A program made the translations under genes and the position numbers. Shown piece by piece: positions 12,597 through 25,368 of a stretch of 64,000 bases of DNA (its first letter is position 1; each line of letters begins with the position of its first letter). Below the pieces are notes generated by a model. It ran no database searches, was not told the origin of the DNA, and saw only the letters and a program-made list of their open reading frames with translations. Origin of the DNA: Ranitomeya imitator (taxonomy: Eukaryota); contig NC_091286.1 of the NCBI RefSeq assembly GCF_032444005.1, positions 493,954,001 through 494,018,000 on the forward strand. The letters are read 5' to 3'.

Positions 12597-14248
12597 CAGT
12601 TAGGTCCATATATATTTGGACAGAGACAATATTTTTCTAATTTTGGTTATAGACATTACCACAATGAATTTTAAACAAAACAATTCAGATGCAGTTGAAG
12701 TTCAGACTTTCAGCTTTCATTTGAGGGTATGCACATTAAAATTGGATGAAGGGTTTAGGAGTTTCAGCTCCTTAACATGTGCAACCCTGTTTTTAAAGGG
12801 ACCAAAAGTAATTGGACAATTGACTCCAAGGCTATTTCATGGACAGGTGTGGGGAATCCCTTTGTTATGCCATTCTCAATTAAGCAGATAAAAGGCCTGG
12901 AGTTGATTTGAGGTGTGGTGCTTGCATTTGGAAGGTTTTGCTGTGAAGTAAACATGCGGTCAAAGGAGCTCTCCATGTAGGTGAAACAAGCCATCCTTAA
13001 GCTGCGAAAACAGAAAAAACCCATCTGAGAAATTTCGACAATGTTAGGAGTGGCAAAATCTACAATTTGGTACATCCTGAGAAAGAAAGAAAGCACTGCT
13101 GAACTCATCAATGCAAAAAGACTTGGGCGCCCATGGAAGACAACAGTGGTGGATGATCGCAGAATAATCTCCATGGCCAAGAGAAACCCCTTCACAACAG
13201 CCAATCAAGTGAACAACACTCTCCAGGAGGTAGGCGTATCAATATCCAAATCTACCATAAAGAGAAGACTGCATGAAAGTAAATACAGAGGGTTCACTGC
13301 ACGGTGCAAGCCACTCATAAGCATCAAGAATAAAAAGGCTAGACTGGACTTTGCTAAAAAAAAATCTAAACAAGCCAGCACAGTTCTGGAATAACATTCT
13401 TTGGACAGATGAAAACAAGATCAACCTCTACCAGAATGATGGAAAGAGAAAAGCATGGCGAAGGCGTGGTACAGCTCATGATCCAAAGCATACCACATCA
13501 TCTGTAATACACGGCGGAGGCAGTGTGATGGCTTGGGCATGCATGGCTGCCAGTGGCACTGGGTCACTAGTGTTTATTGATGATGTGACACAGGACAGGA
13601 GCAGCCGAATTAATTCTGAGGTATTCAGAGCCGCCATACTGTGTGCTCAGATCCAGCCAAATGCAGCCAAACTGATTGGTCATTGTTTCATACTACAGAT
13701 GGACAATGACCCAAAACATAAAGCCAAAGCAACCCAGGAGTTTATTAAAGCAAAGAAGTGGAATATTCTGGAATGGCCAAGTCAGTCACCTGATCTCAAC
13801 CCAATTGAGCGTGCATTTCACTTGTTAAAGACTAAACATCAGACAGAAAGGCCCACAAACAAACAGCAACTGAAAACTTCCGCAGTGTAGGCCTGGCAGA
13901 GCATCAAAAAGGAGGAAACACAGCGTCTGGTGATGTCCATGAGTTCAAGACTTCAGGCCGTCATTGCCAACAAAGGGTTTTCAACCAAGTACTAAAAATT
14001 AACATTTTATTTAAAATTATTGAATCTGTCCAATTACTTTTGGCCCCTTTAAAAACAGGGTGGCACATATTAAGGAGCTGAAACTCCTAAACCCTTCATC
14101 CAGTTTTAATGTGGATACCCTCAAATGAAAGCTGAAAGTCTGTACTTCAACTGCATCTGAATTGTTTTGTTTAAAATTCATTGTGGTAATGTCTATAACC
14201 AAAATTAGAAAAATATTGTCTCTGTCCAAATATATATGGACCTAACTG
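12597..14248 (+). mobile_element. Full-length Tc1 (DD34E) DNA transposon, inactive
   Basis: TIRs of about 215 bp starting CAGTTAGGTCCATATATATTTGGACAGAGAC, with a TA TSD on both sides. Length 1652 bp. Confidence 0.95.
12954..13995 (+). pseudogene. Disrupted Tc1 transposase
   Basis: Starts MRSKELSM*VKQAILKL... and contains a GRP motif, WTDE, MDNDPKH and SPDLNPIE (34 residues between D and E). Three in-frame stops and a frameshift in the poly-A run near 13360. Ends KGFSTKY-TAA. Confidence 0.92.
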
Positions 14249-14725
14249 TATATGCCGTAGTTGGGAGCAATTCTGGTGGTGGTTCATAGAGGGAAGGTGT
14301 TTTCAGTCTTGCTCTCTGTGATGTGATCTAGACGATGTATGAAGAACATGTGGATGTCAGGGAGGAATACGAGGCCCATAAGACTCTCTGGACCAACTGA
14401 CCAGCTCAACAAGGAGAGACAGCGTCTCCTTAAGGCCTCATCTAATCATCTGGAACATGTACCTATTATAATTCATGTGTCCAGTCACATGTCTATAATT
14501 GTCAGTGGACCGCGTTGTCACAGAATATTCAAGGAGACATGTCCATTTGCTGCAGCTAAATACAAGTTTACTTTCCAGGTTTTAAACAAGTAAACCTTGG
14601 CGTCAATGACTTCTTTTCTTGATTTTTGACTCAGGACTATGAGCAAAATTTGCATACATATACCGTGGAGGCCTGTTATTTTCCTAGTATGTAATATTAG
14701 GTTGGTGTTCAGGCCATAGATATAA

Positions 14726-15114
14726 GGCTATGTTCACATGTCTGGTAATCATCCATTAGAGCGAATCCTGCGTCAATCCGCTGGCAAAAAAGTGCAGGCA
14801 CAACATTTTTGGCCAGCTAAAAAAGTGATTTAAATTAATGTTTTTTTCAACATTGAAGTCTATAGAAAATGGATCCGTTAACTGATCCATTTAGCAAAAT
14901 AATGGATACTTTTCAAATTAAAGAAAAAACGGGCAGCTATTTATTGGATCCGTTTTCCATAGACTTCAATATATAAAAAAAAAAATTCAGTTTGAAGTTT
15001 TTCTTTGTTTTTTTTTCTGCCAGACAAAAAAGTTATGTCTGCCCAACTTTTTTTGTCCATGGATTTTTACTGGGTACGTTCTAACGGATGATTACTGCAC
15101 ATGTGAACTTAGCC
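14726..15114. mobile_element. PIF/Harbinger-like MITE
   Basis: TIR GGCTATGTTCACATGT / ACATGTGAACTTAGCC, flanked by TAA and TTA. Confidence 0.7.
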
Positions 15115-15322
15115 TTAAACTAACGTCATCCTAACTCTTCGATATAGGTAGAGTAGCCCACAGTCTAGTGTGGATGGGGGCTTCCACAGTTGTCTGATGT
15201 CAGACCGCCGATCAGTTTGTTCTCACCGAGGTAATCTGCCGTCCGAGGAATCTGGCAACAACTCTCTCATAGAGATCACAGGAGCTTCCAGCTGCTGTCT
15301 ATGGGAGAATAGAGAGAGAGAG

Positions 15323-15692
15323 TTGCAGGGAGAATAGAGCTGCAGGGAGAGGAGAGCTGCAGGGAGAGAGAGAACTGCAGGGAGAATAGAGCTGCAGGGA
15401 GAGGAGAGCTGCAGGGAGAAGAAAGCTGCAGGGAGAAGAGAGCTGCAGGGAGAAGAGAGCTGCAGGGAGAGAGAGCTGCAGGGAGAGAGAGAACTACTGG
15501 GAGAGGAGAGCTGCAGGGAGAAAGGAACTGCAGGGAGAAGAAAGCTGCAGGGAGAAGAAAGCTGCAGGGAGAGAGCTGCAGGGAGAGAGAGCTGCAGGGA
15601 GAAGAGAGCTGCAGGGAGAAGAGAGCTGCAGGGAGAGAGAGCTGCAGGGAGAGAGAGCTGCAGGGAGAAGAGAGCTGCAGGGGGAGAGAGCT
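15323..15692. repeat. Purine-rich 14-17-bp minisatellite (GAGAGCTGCAGGGA[GA])
   Basis: Direct reading. Confidence 0.9.
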
Positions 15693-16057
15693 GTTGACCC
15701 AATAATAGGCTTTTAACTATCTATTGTGTATGGGAGGCTTTGTGTTTTCAGTCATCTTAGTGTGACTTATCCCTAATATCTTTACAAAATGATATATTTC
15801 TGTACAGAGCATACTATGCAATGTAACTCTTAGCTCCCATGTGCAAGGCCGTATGTAACCCATGTGCCTTAGATTTTATATAGAGGAAACAGAGGGCATT
15901 ATATAGTAAGTCTTTGAAGGAAAATGCATCAGGTGCCGTATAACGGAGGTTTCCCCCTACAAGCTGTACTAGTTGATGTTAGAATAGGTATGTAGTTACT
16001 TTTCTTTTCCTGCTCTTTAAATGTTGCTTGCTTTAATGTAATGTATGCCAATCTTAA

Positions 16058-16514
16058 AGGGGTTGTCTGGTCAAAACAGATAAGTCTGCAGACACTCTGT
16101 GTGACTGCAGACTTATGAATCCCCCCAGAGCATGCACTATGGTCTGCGGGGATTCGTCGATTTCAGACCTGGGACCGGAGGGGATGTATGAGTTATACAT
16201 ACTCCCGGCCAGTGGGCGCGGCCTCTCTTCCATACACTTGTATTATACCGAGGCAGAGGCCGTGCCCTGTCTAGTCACGCGGACAGCCAGTGTTCCTGTA
16301 CGACTAGAGGGCACAGCCACTCTAAATACAAGTGTATGGAGAGTGAGGCCTCACCCACTGGCCAGGAGTATGTAATAACTCGTACGTCCTGTCTGGTCCT
16401 GGGTCGGGAATCGACGAATCCCCGCAGTCCACAGTGCATGCTCTTGTGGGGATTCATAAGTCTGCAGCCACACAGAGTGACTGCAGACTTAGCGGTTTTG
16501 GCCAGACAACCCCT
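16058..16514. mobile_element. T2/Kolobok-type palindromic MITE
   Basis: TTAA|AGGGGTTGTCTGG ... CCAGACAACCCCT|TTAA. Inverted complementarity runs through most of the length. Confidence 0.88.
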
Positions 16515-16589
16515 TTAAGCACCAGGCAGTATAAGTTGAGACCCACACTTTTAGGTGTGATTATGACCAAGCCTGCTGTTATTTTTTAA

Positions 16590-16845
16590 ATGGAGACTGT
16601 CAGCACAAAATGACTGTTCATACTAATCACACAGGATCAGTGCACTATAGCAGTGGAAAAACAGTTTACTGCACCTTCCAACCCTGTTTTTTTTTTATCT
16701 ATCTCCGCCGTCTTCTTTGATTGACAGCTCTGACTTTACCGTAGAGAGAGAAGGGTAGAGACAGATGGAAAACAGGAAGGTGAGAAGGAGCACTGAACTG
16801 CAGCTGTGCTTGGTCTGAACAGTCATTTTGTACTTGCTGATGGTT
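16590..16845. mobile_element. Degenerate T2/Kolobok-type MITE
   Basis: Inverted CACAAAATGACTGTTCA / TGAACAGTCATTTTGTAC, with TTAA at the left end. Confidence 0.45.
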
Positions 16846-19221
16846 GTTACTATCATGTGGTGAGGGATCATTACATCTACTCAGCCATACACAATTTAGT
16901 CCTAATTGGTAATTAAATCAGTTCAACTTGGCTATACGTGTTCAATAGTATCAGGTACTAAACAGTTTGTCTGTGAATATGCTTTCAATGAAAGATTTTT
17001 TTTTTTCATAACGAAGGGATCAGACATGGCTGACATTATTTCCGATATTGATTGGATAGAAATCATTCACCAGATAAACAATGGTTCTGGTTAGAAGTGT
17101 AATGTCTGTGGTCACCTTTTCGCCTTCACTCTGCCGCCTCTTCCTATAGCAATTTGTGAATCCGCGCTTTTGTCTTAGAGGAATCATTTGCTTGTGTTGT
17201 CAGGTAAGTGGCACGTGCTGCAATTCTTTTCCTAGCTTCGTCTGTTTTCCTATATAGATCGGCCGGATTTCTACAAAGATGCAGTTAGATTTTATTGGGC
17301 ATTGGACAAGTCTTGTAATTCAGCCTCGATCACCAGGATTTACACGATATCGAAGACGACATTTGTCTCCATCCATTTGATTTGGTTTTATCTGCATGAC
17401 GTGATAATGTAATAGAGCTTTCACTCCAACAGATGTGTATGCCTTGTTCTCAGCCGACCCAATTAATGGCAGACTGACACTCCATTCCCGCAAACGGTGG
17501 AAGACGCTATGGTGAAATTGCCCTGCTAAATAGAAGATAAAGAATGTCTCACATCAATACCCATTTTATGCTTGTCCTATAACATTTAGTGATCAATTTT
17601 GTGTTATTTATGGTTCTCATCTTCTACATAAGAATAAAGATTACTAATAAGACTATTGGAAAGGCATACCTACTAGCGTGAAGATTTATTACAGTATATT
17701 GTGGCATATGTAATGTTATGTGATAGTATAAAGTCACTAAAGGTCCCCATCTACATTAGATGAATGTCATCCGTCTGATTAGTATGGGGGCTTTCTAGCT
17801 CACTCCGACAGAGGTTGAGGAAAAGCTAGGGCAATTGGATTTTCAGTACCTGAAACTTTTTTTTGGGGGGGGGGAAGATAAGTTGCTGCCAGAGGTTTCT
17901 GAAGGCCGCTTTATCTTCTCTCCATTCTAAAAATGCATGAATACTCCGCCGAGTATGGGGGAATCGGGAGACATAGTTGTCTGCCGAATGACTGTTCAGC
18001 CAACGGCTGCCTAATGGGGATGGCCAGATTTAGTCCTTGTTGGACAGATTTCTAATTACAAAACAGCTCTGACGGCTATGCCAGGCCCATTTCCGAGTAG
18101 ATGCTTGTAAATTGGAACAGAATTCTATGAGGGAAATGTATAATTCCTCGTTGCCAGTTTTCTGGCGTCGAGAAGTCACACAATTTGGCACAAAGGGTAA
18201 TGGTGAAAACATTTTGCCTTGGGACGAACTGCCACTAAAATAAAACCTATATAACGTTTGCCAGAAAATCAGAATAAATTGTAGCTGAGATTTAGGCCAT
18301 CTCATAGCTGGGATTGATTTGCTTGATTCCGGCCATGGACCTCACCGTGCTCTTTCAGGGTTTCAGTACTTGGCAAGAACAGTGCGTTCAACACCGTTAC
18401 TTCTTACCTTCCTGTCAGACGCTGGAATGCCCAACGCTCTGAAGCCAAATGTGTACAGGGTCGAAGGAATTTCTTATATTGGAGTTGAAACCTGAGACAG
18501 TACTGTTTGATGAGTCATGACACTTTATTCTTCATTTATAACTTGTATGTTTTGTGATAAAATTAATTATAGTGTTTTCACTTGTTCCCGATCATCGGGC
18601 CTTGTAAACTTACCTTAAGATTAGCCGGAGAATGAGCAAAACACTAGTTTAATGGTTGATTAGATCGTTCACGTGGGCCTTCAATTCACCCTTTTTGGCA
18701 GACCATTACTCAATCTCAATGTGCAGCTGACAACACGCACACTGTATGGGAACAGGACAAACATATTAACAACTGTTCTGCCCCCATGCATTTTTATATA
18801 CGGGGCCATAATGAGAGCAGAACAAAGGGCACTTGTTTATGGGAAGAAATAGGATTGTCCTAAAGGGCCTTCACCCTCAGTTTATCCTTAGAAACTGTTA
18901 TAAAATGACAATTCACAATATACAACTTGTACAATAAAGATAGCAATTGTGCTCTTCCGATATTCACTCTTCATATGTCTGTCCCTATTGCAGAAGATAC
19001 GATTTCAGTATTAATGGACCGTAAGATAATGTTACTGTACAGATCCCTTCCCATTTTCTTGTCTGGGAATCTCTCTTACCACTTCATTATGTTGTTGATT
19101 AATGTTGGTGTAGGTTTGTCACTCAGAATATTGATGAATTATTAGGCTCTCTGCATATGTTTAGGATTTGATGTAGGAAAGATATATATCTTTGTACCGT
19201 GTTAGCTTTCTACCATGTTAG

Positions 19222-19970
19222 AAAAATATTAAGAATTGAGAGTCCTCAGTGGTTGATACTTTTTAGGCTACGTGCACATGTTCAGGTTTTTTCGCGTTTT
19301 TCCGTGATAAAAACGCTATAAAAACGCATACATTATGCATCTTATCATTTAGAATGCATTCTGCATGTTTTGTGCACATGATGCGTTTTTTTCCGTGAAA
19401 AAAACGCATCACGGTAAAAAAAAGCAGCATGCTCATTAATTTTGTGGATTTTCTGCGTTTTTCCCGCTATTCTATGCATTTGGTAAAAAAACGCGTCAAA
19501 AACGCATGAAATAACGCATGCGGATTTCTGGCAGAAATGTCCGGTTTTTGTCAGGAAAATTTCTGCAAGAAATCCTGACGTGTGCACATAGCCTTAATGG
19601 CTAACTGAAAAGATGGTAACAAATTGCAAGCTTTCGAGACTACTCTGGTCCCTTCATCAGGTATAGACTAATACAAATTCTGGAGAATCACATATTTATG
19701 CACAATACAGCCCAGAAATTATGCCCTAGATAATGGACACAACTGTTTATCACTCTTACATAATGGTAGTTCTGCTTCTCGTCACCTATCTTATCTATGG
19801 CTTTATTTCTGGGCTGTATTGTGCATACATATGTGATTCTTCAGAATTTGTATTAGTCTATACCTGATGAAGGGACCAGAGTAGTCTCGAAAGCTTGCAA
19901 TTTGTTACCATCTTTGCATTTAGCCATTAAAAGGTATCAACCACTGAGGACTCTCAATTCTAAATATTTT
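19222..19970. repeat. Long palindromic element, probably Penelope-derived, with hammerhead-like cores; left arm interrupted by a MITE
   Basis: Arms of about 190 bp (AGAATTGAGAGTCCTCAGTGGTTGATAC... / ...GTATCAACCACTGAGGACTCTCAATTCT). Each arm carries CTGATGA...CGAAAGCTT. Confidence 0.75.
19266..19593. mobile_element. PIF/Harbinger-like MITE
   Basis: TIR GGCTACGTGCACA / TGTGCACATAGCC with a 3-bp TSD TTA/TTA. Same family as 51499-51856, in the opposite orientation. Confidence 0.85.
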
Positions 19971-20739
19971 TCGAGGATTTTCTGTGCCTTATTCCTCATC
20001 AGATTCGCTGACATTCTTCATCCATTGCAAGTTAATGGGGCATTTCATACCACATTTACATTCTCCAGAAAAGATCTAGAGCTATAGTTGTCCAAGCTGT
20101 GGAAATAATGAGCATATCCATTCTTCCCTCAAAATCTACATAGAAAGACCATGGATTATTCACATTGTATGGCCTTGGGGCCATTCCTTGGGTGGTACAT
20201 CCTCAGAAGAATTCTGATTCAGTCTCAAATCCTCTTGTAAGTACACGCCAGATTTGCTGTTGACATGCTGTGGTCCTCATGGGGTGTGGAGGCCCCAGAG
20301 CCTTTACAACATCTGCTGTTTTAGTGTCTCATTAATGGTTGTCAATGACCATGGAGGTGGATGGTTATCGTAGGCAGCTGTATAATTGATGTCATTTATT
20401 GGCTTCTGTGTTGTTGACAAGCTATTTTCTAGCTGTAAACTGGTTAGTCACCATAAATAGCCGTGTAGGACCACAGTAGGTCTTCTCAGAGCGAAGAAAA
20501 TCCACATCTGATTTTGAAACGAATGATTATTTTAGCTATTTTCCAGTCTCCAGTGAAGCAAAATGCGTAAAAAGCATTAAGTGTTAATTGCCACCCACTG
20601 TACAATTGTATATGGGGAAAAAATAGGTCTCGTTCTTGACAAGTCTAAGCAATTTTCCAAACCCTTCACTCAATTATCTTTTTATTTTTGTATGTATTTT
20701 AGAAAACCTTGGTCAGTCCTAAATTTAAAATGATACAAG

Positions 20740-23700
20740 CCAATTTTCCATACTATTCCATAGGAAGTGGAAATATGAAGAGATCCCACAAAGAAAATAA
20801 CAATTAACTTTTATTACAATATTGCATAAAAACAAAATAAAAACGCAAATATACTGTTAATAGACACCGAACAGTTAATCACATAGACCAACAAATACAG
20901 GTAATTAGATAGTCCCAGCTATAAATACTAATTTTACATCTGACATAGAAAACATACAAGTACAGTATAAGAAAATAGAATGCGGTATATTAAAGAGAAA
21001 TACCTCAAGACTCATGTGAATATCACTATATATATGGCCCCCAATCCTGCCCTATAAGGCTAATAACAATATCTTAATTCCATATCCACCATGGGAAGAG
21101 CCATACAAGCATTACCATCAATAGACGGCAGATCAAATAAGAGTCCCCATATATGTCAAAATGATCACAAGACACATAAGATAGTACGTACCGTATATAT
21201 GTTTTTTTACTGATGCCAGAAAACTGTTATGTGCTTACCAAATTCCGCACTCGTGCAACCGTTCGGCATCCACTCACCCCAACGTACGTTTAGCCGCCAG
21301 CTTCTTCCGGGGGCGTGTCAGGGTGAGCGGCAGCCTGGTTTAAGTACACCGCACCACCAATCGGCGCCTATCGGAAGAGGAGGTCTACCTCAGCCATTAT
21401 TCGCGCATCGCGCACATGCCCGCTTCCCCATACGGATGCTTCCCTGGCAACGCTCCATGGCACGCAAGCCATGACGCCATGATCAGAATAATTTATAATG
21501 TGTCCTGATGAACCCTCACGCCACTATTAGTATAAAAGTGATTCTTACTATTAGGCCAATGAAATTAATATCAATAATGTAAAGTGACCATGAGAACATT
21601 ATACAAAAACAACCATATTATTTCATATCCACTTAAAACACGAGTGAAAAAACAACTCCACATAAATTAATGAATAAATAAATAAATACCCCCATACATA
21701 GGGGCTCAATAATTGTGCATATCAATAAATACATCTACAGATATAATAATATACTATTAAAAATATTTGTTGTGAAATTAAAAAGTTTTTTTGAAATATA
21801 ATTATTTAAATTATATTTTTATAGCCTTAAAGTAACTGTGCCCCCACATAAAAAAACAAAAACACATAAAAGTTCTAATATAAACAGCATCAAAGTTATA
21901 AAGTGACAGTGCATAGACAACCAAAACATATATCATTATATAAATATACTAATAATTTCATCTGCTATACATCAGTATCCGGACAAGTCCAAATCCATCC
22001 ATCACAGAAGATGCCAATATCTGCAAGACCTCCTTCCCACAAGATTTATAGATAAGTAACTAAAAACAAAAGAAACATATTAAAAAATGAACAATTAAAA
22101 ACATAAAGTAACCGGATACCACCCACCCATAAAATATATGCATCATTATAGAAACGCTGAAAAGCCCATTGTCTCATTGAAACCTGAGGGACTAATCGTC
22201 CCCAGGCGATATATCCAACGACACTCGAGCCTAGCCAGACTCTTTCCGATATCACCACCACGCGAACCAAGATCCAACTGGTCATTTGCTTTAACCTTAA
22301 GGCCTCGAGGATTACAGTCATGATATTTCTTGAAATGACGGGGTAATGTCTTTAATTGGGTGTCATCCTTTATGGTCTGAGCTTTTTCAATATCCAAAAC
22401 ATGCTCTCTCACAAGGACTTTTTATTCGCGCGTGGTAAGCCCTATGTAGACCTTTCCGCAAGGACATTCTGCGTGGTATATAACAGCCTTAGAGGTGCAT
22501 GTAAGGTATTAACGGATCTCATATATCCGTGACCCATCGAAATTTTTGAAGGTTTTCCCCTTAACCAAATTAGCACACGCCTTACACAAACCACACGGGA
22601 AAAAACCTTGTGCCAAAGGGAGAGTTGTTTTTGGGGGGTCATAATGACTGTGGACTAGAAGGTCTTTGAGGTTGGCAGAACATTTTGCCACACATTGGGG
22701 AGTTTGAGGTAAAACCTGTTATAAAACAGGATCCGAAAGGAAAACCTTCCAGTGCCTCCTTGTAATGTCTACCAGAGGTTGCCATTGAGAATTAAATGTA
22801 GATATGAACCGTACCTGTTTATTATCCTCTTTCTCCAGTTTGTTCCCATGACCACCATACAACAATTAATTTCTTGATATTCGTTTAACTCTATTGTAGC
22901 CCCTCCGAATCATCTTCTTAAAATATCCTCTTTCTTCAAACCTAGCGGTCAAGTCCACACATTGTCTCTCAAAAGATTCATGATCAGAACAAATTTTCTT
23001 CATTCGAAGAAATTGACCAATTGGAATTCCCCGAATAGTACTTAACGGATGTGAGGAGTCCGCCCTAAGGTAAGAGTTTGTAGCAGTGGGCTTCCTGTAG
23101 ACATCAGTGTTTAAAGTCCAGTTGCTGAAACCTCAATCCATATATCGAGAAATTCCAGGCTCCTGCCAGATTTAAAAGTAAGATCTATATTACGATTATT
23201 ATCATTAAGTTTCTGCATCAAACATCCCAATTCTTCCTCAGAGTCTTCCCACACAAAAACACATCATCTATATATCGCATCCAATTATGGACTCTTTTCA
23301 TCTCAATGATGTCATATTCCATTAATTTCTTTCTCTCCCATGCGCCTAGAAATAAATTGGCGTATGAAGGGGCACATGATGCCCCCATAGCTGTTCCTTG
23401 GTGTTGGAGGTAGATTTTCCCGTTAAAGATGAATGTATTATGCCTCAGCATGAAGTCCAATAATATCAGGATCAAATCCGCCAAGTGATTGTCGATACAG
23501 CTCGATCTGAAAAACCATGATGTAGCTTCCAGGCCATCCATATGCTTAATGGAGGTATATAAGGATTCTACGTCGGCTGTTACCAGCAGCATATTGTCAT
23601 CCAGTTCGAGTTGGTCAATCCGTTGTAAAGCCTGGTTAGTGTCCCTAATAAGAGAAGGAAGGGAGGACACAATGGGTTTCAAAAAATAATCAGTAACCTC

Positions 23701-23810
23701 TGAGACCACCTCACATAATCCCCCATTTCCAGCCACAATTGGTCTCCCGAACGGGGGGGATCAATAGGGTTTTTGTGTACTTTTGGGATGAGATAAAAGG
23801 TACATAGCCT
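20740..23810 (-). mobile_element. Penelope-like retroelement (RT + GIY-YIG endonuclease), decayed and 5'-truncated; boundaries approximate
   Basis: RT motifs FYLIPKVHK, LVTADVESLYT, QGTAMGASCAPSYANLF and WMRYIDD. A CGLCKAC linker of the kind seen in Neptune-type elements. The GIY-YIG region ends RWIYRLGTISPSGFN. A long AT-rich 3' region follows. Confidence 0.9.
22146..23810 (-). pseudogene. Frameshifted Penelope RT-GIY-YIG ORF
   Basis: Pieces lie in several frames (ORFs 23218-23736, 22509-22691, 22146-22412). Confidence 0.88.
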
Positions 23811-23818
23811 CAGGTGCA

Positions 23819-24260
23819 GTACCTTCACACATAACGATTTCGTTAACGATATCGTTGCAACGTCACGCTTTTTGTGACGTAGCAACGATCCCGCTAACGA
23901 TCTCGTTAAGTGTGACAGCGACCAACGATCAGGCCCCTGCTGGGAGATCGTTGGTCGTTGGGGAATGATCAGGACCTTTTTTTGGTCGCTGATCACCCGC
24001 TGTCATCGCTGGATCGGCGTGTGTCACGCCGATCCAGGGATGTGTTCACTTGTAACCAGGGTAAATATCGGGTTACTAAGCGTGGCCCTGCACTTAGTAA
24101 CCCGATGCTTACCCTGGTTACCCGGGGACTTCGGCATCGTTGAAGACAGTTTCAACGATGCCGAAGTCTTTCCCCTGATCGTTGGTCGCTGGAGAGAGCT
24201 GTCTGTGTGACAGCTCCCCAGCGACCACACAACGACTTACCAACGATCACGGCCAGGACT
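23819..24260. mobile_element. Truncated copy of the GGTACC(G/T)TCACAC palindromic MITE family
   Basis: Shares the core GTAACCAGGGTAAA(T/C)ATCGGGTTACTAAGCG with the full copy at 49179-49905. Confidence 0.8.
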
Positions 24261-25368
24261 TTCACATCTAAGATTGACAGGTAGAGAAAAAAGGGAATCT
24301 TTGTAAACTGGCAATTGATCTTGCATATGTGAGTACACAGAAGGCATGCAAACACCCAGAGATATATTCCGAGCAGTGCAGATGGTATTATGGGCTTTTA
24401 CTTGTGAGTAGGATTTAGCTGCTGTAGTTCTCATTTAAAACAACATGGTTTCCGAAAAAGCATAGCACAGAGTAGGTGACATGCAAATGTGTGACTCTAA
24501 AAGCCTATTGGGATGTAATCCGTAGGGCTGCGATGGTAAATGACAGCTTGAGAGATAAACTGCGGAATTGTTGCCCTCGATTAAACTATTTCTAGATTGC
24601 ATCTAGTTTCTTCTCAAGCCAGCAGCACTTTGCCTGCCAAACACATGCCTCAATGGGAGCGATGTGAGGTGAGCGGGGCAGAAGCCGGTACATGAGAGAG
24701 AGCACAAGACGCATTGGATCGTCTTTTTCCCATAATAAAAAGTTGATACTTTTTAAACCTGATGCCATCACATGAAGCCAATGGGGTCCATGGCTAATTT
24801 CATCCTTCAGTATGTCTTCCATCCTTACTGTATCTTGATGTGGACTTTGCATAGAGAACTACAGTCCAAAATGTAGATCACAATAACTGGTGGGCAAATG
24901 TCCAGCATCGTAGTCCCCTGCCCATGCTGTAGAGTGCTCAGTTCCTGCTGTGTCAATTCTGTATAGGGGACTAATAGTCCTTGTGTAATGGATCATGATA
25001 TATACTGTATATAGCATTATACCAAAAATATCTTGTTAGGCAATCTCTTATATTGTCAGCACTATCTCATAACTAATATTGTAATTTATTGGTTTTTGCT
25101 AAAGTGGTTATTCATTTTCTATGACAGCTGATCCTTAGGCTCCTGTACATTGTGCCTGTCAGTGTTGGAATGCTTTTACACTGGGTCAGCAGTATATGCT
25201 GACGTTAGCACTGGTAATGCTTCTGCCGCGTACAATACATGAACACATTGATTCCCATTTACTGGACTGAGGATAATTTTGCATCAGTTTAAAGTTATAA
25301 GCCGGCATATACAAAGAAAATGGCGCATCCAGTAAAAAAGTATATCATGCAGTGTACCATAGATGTTA

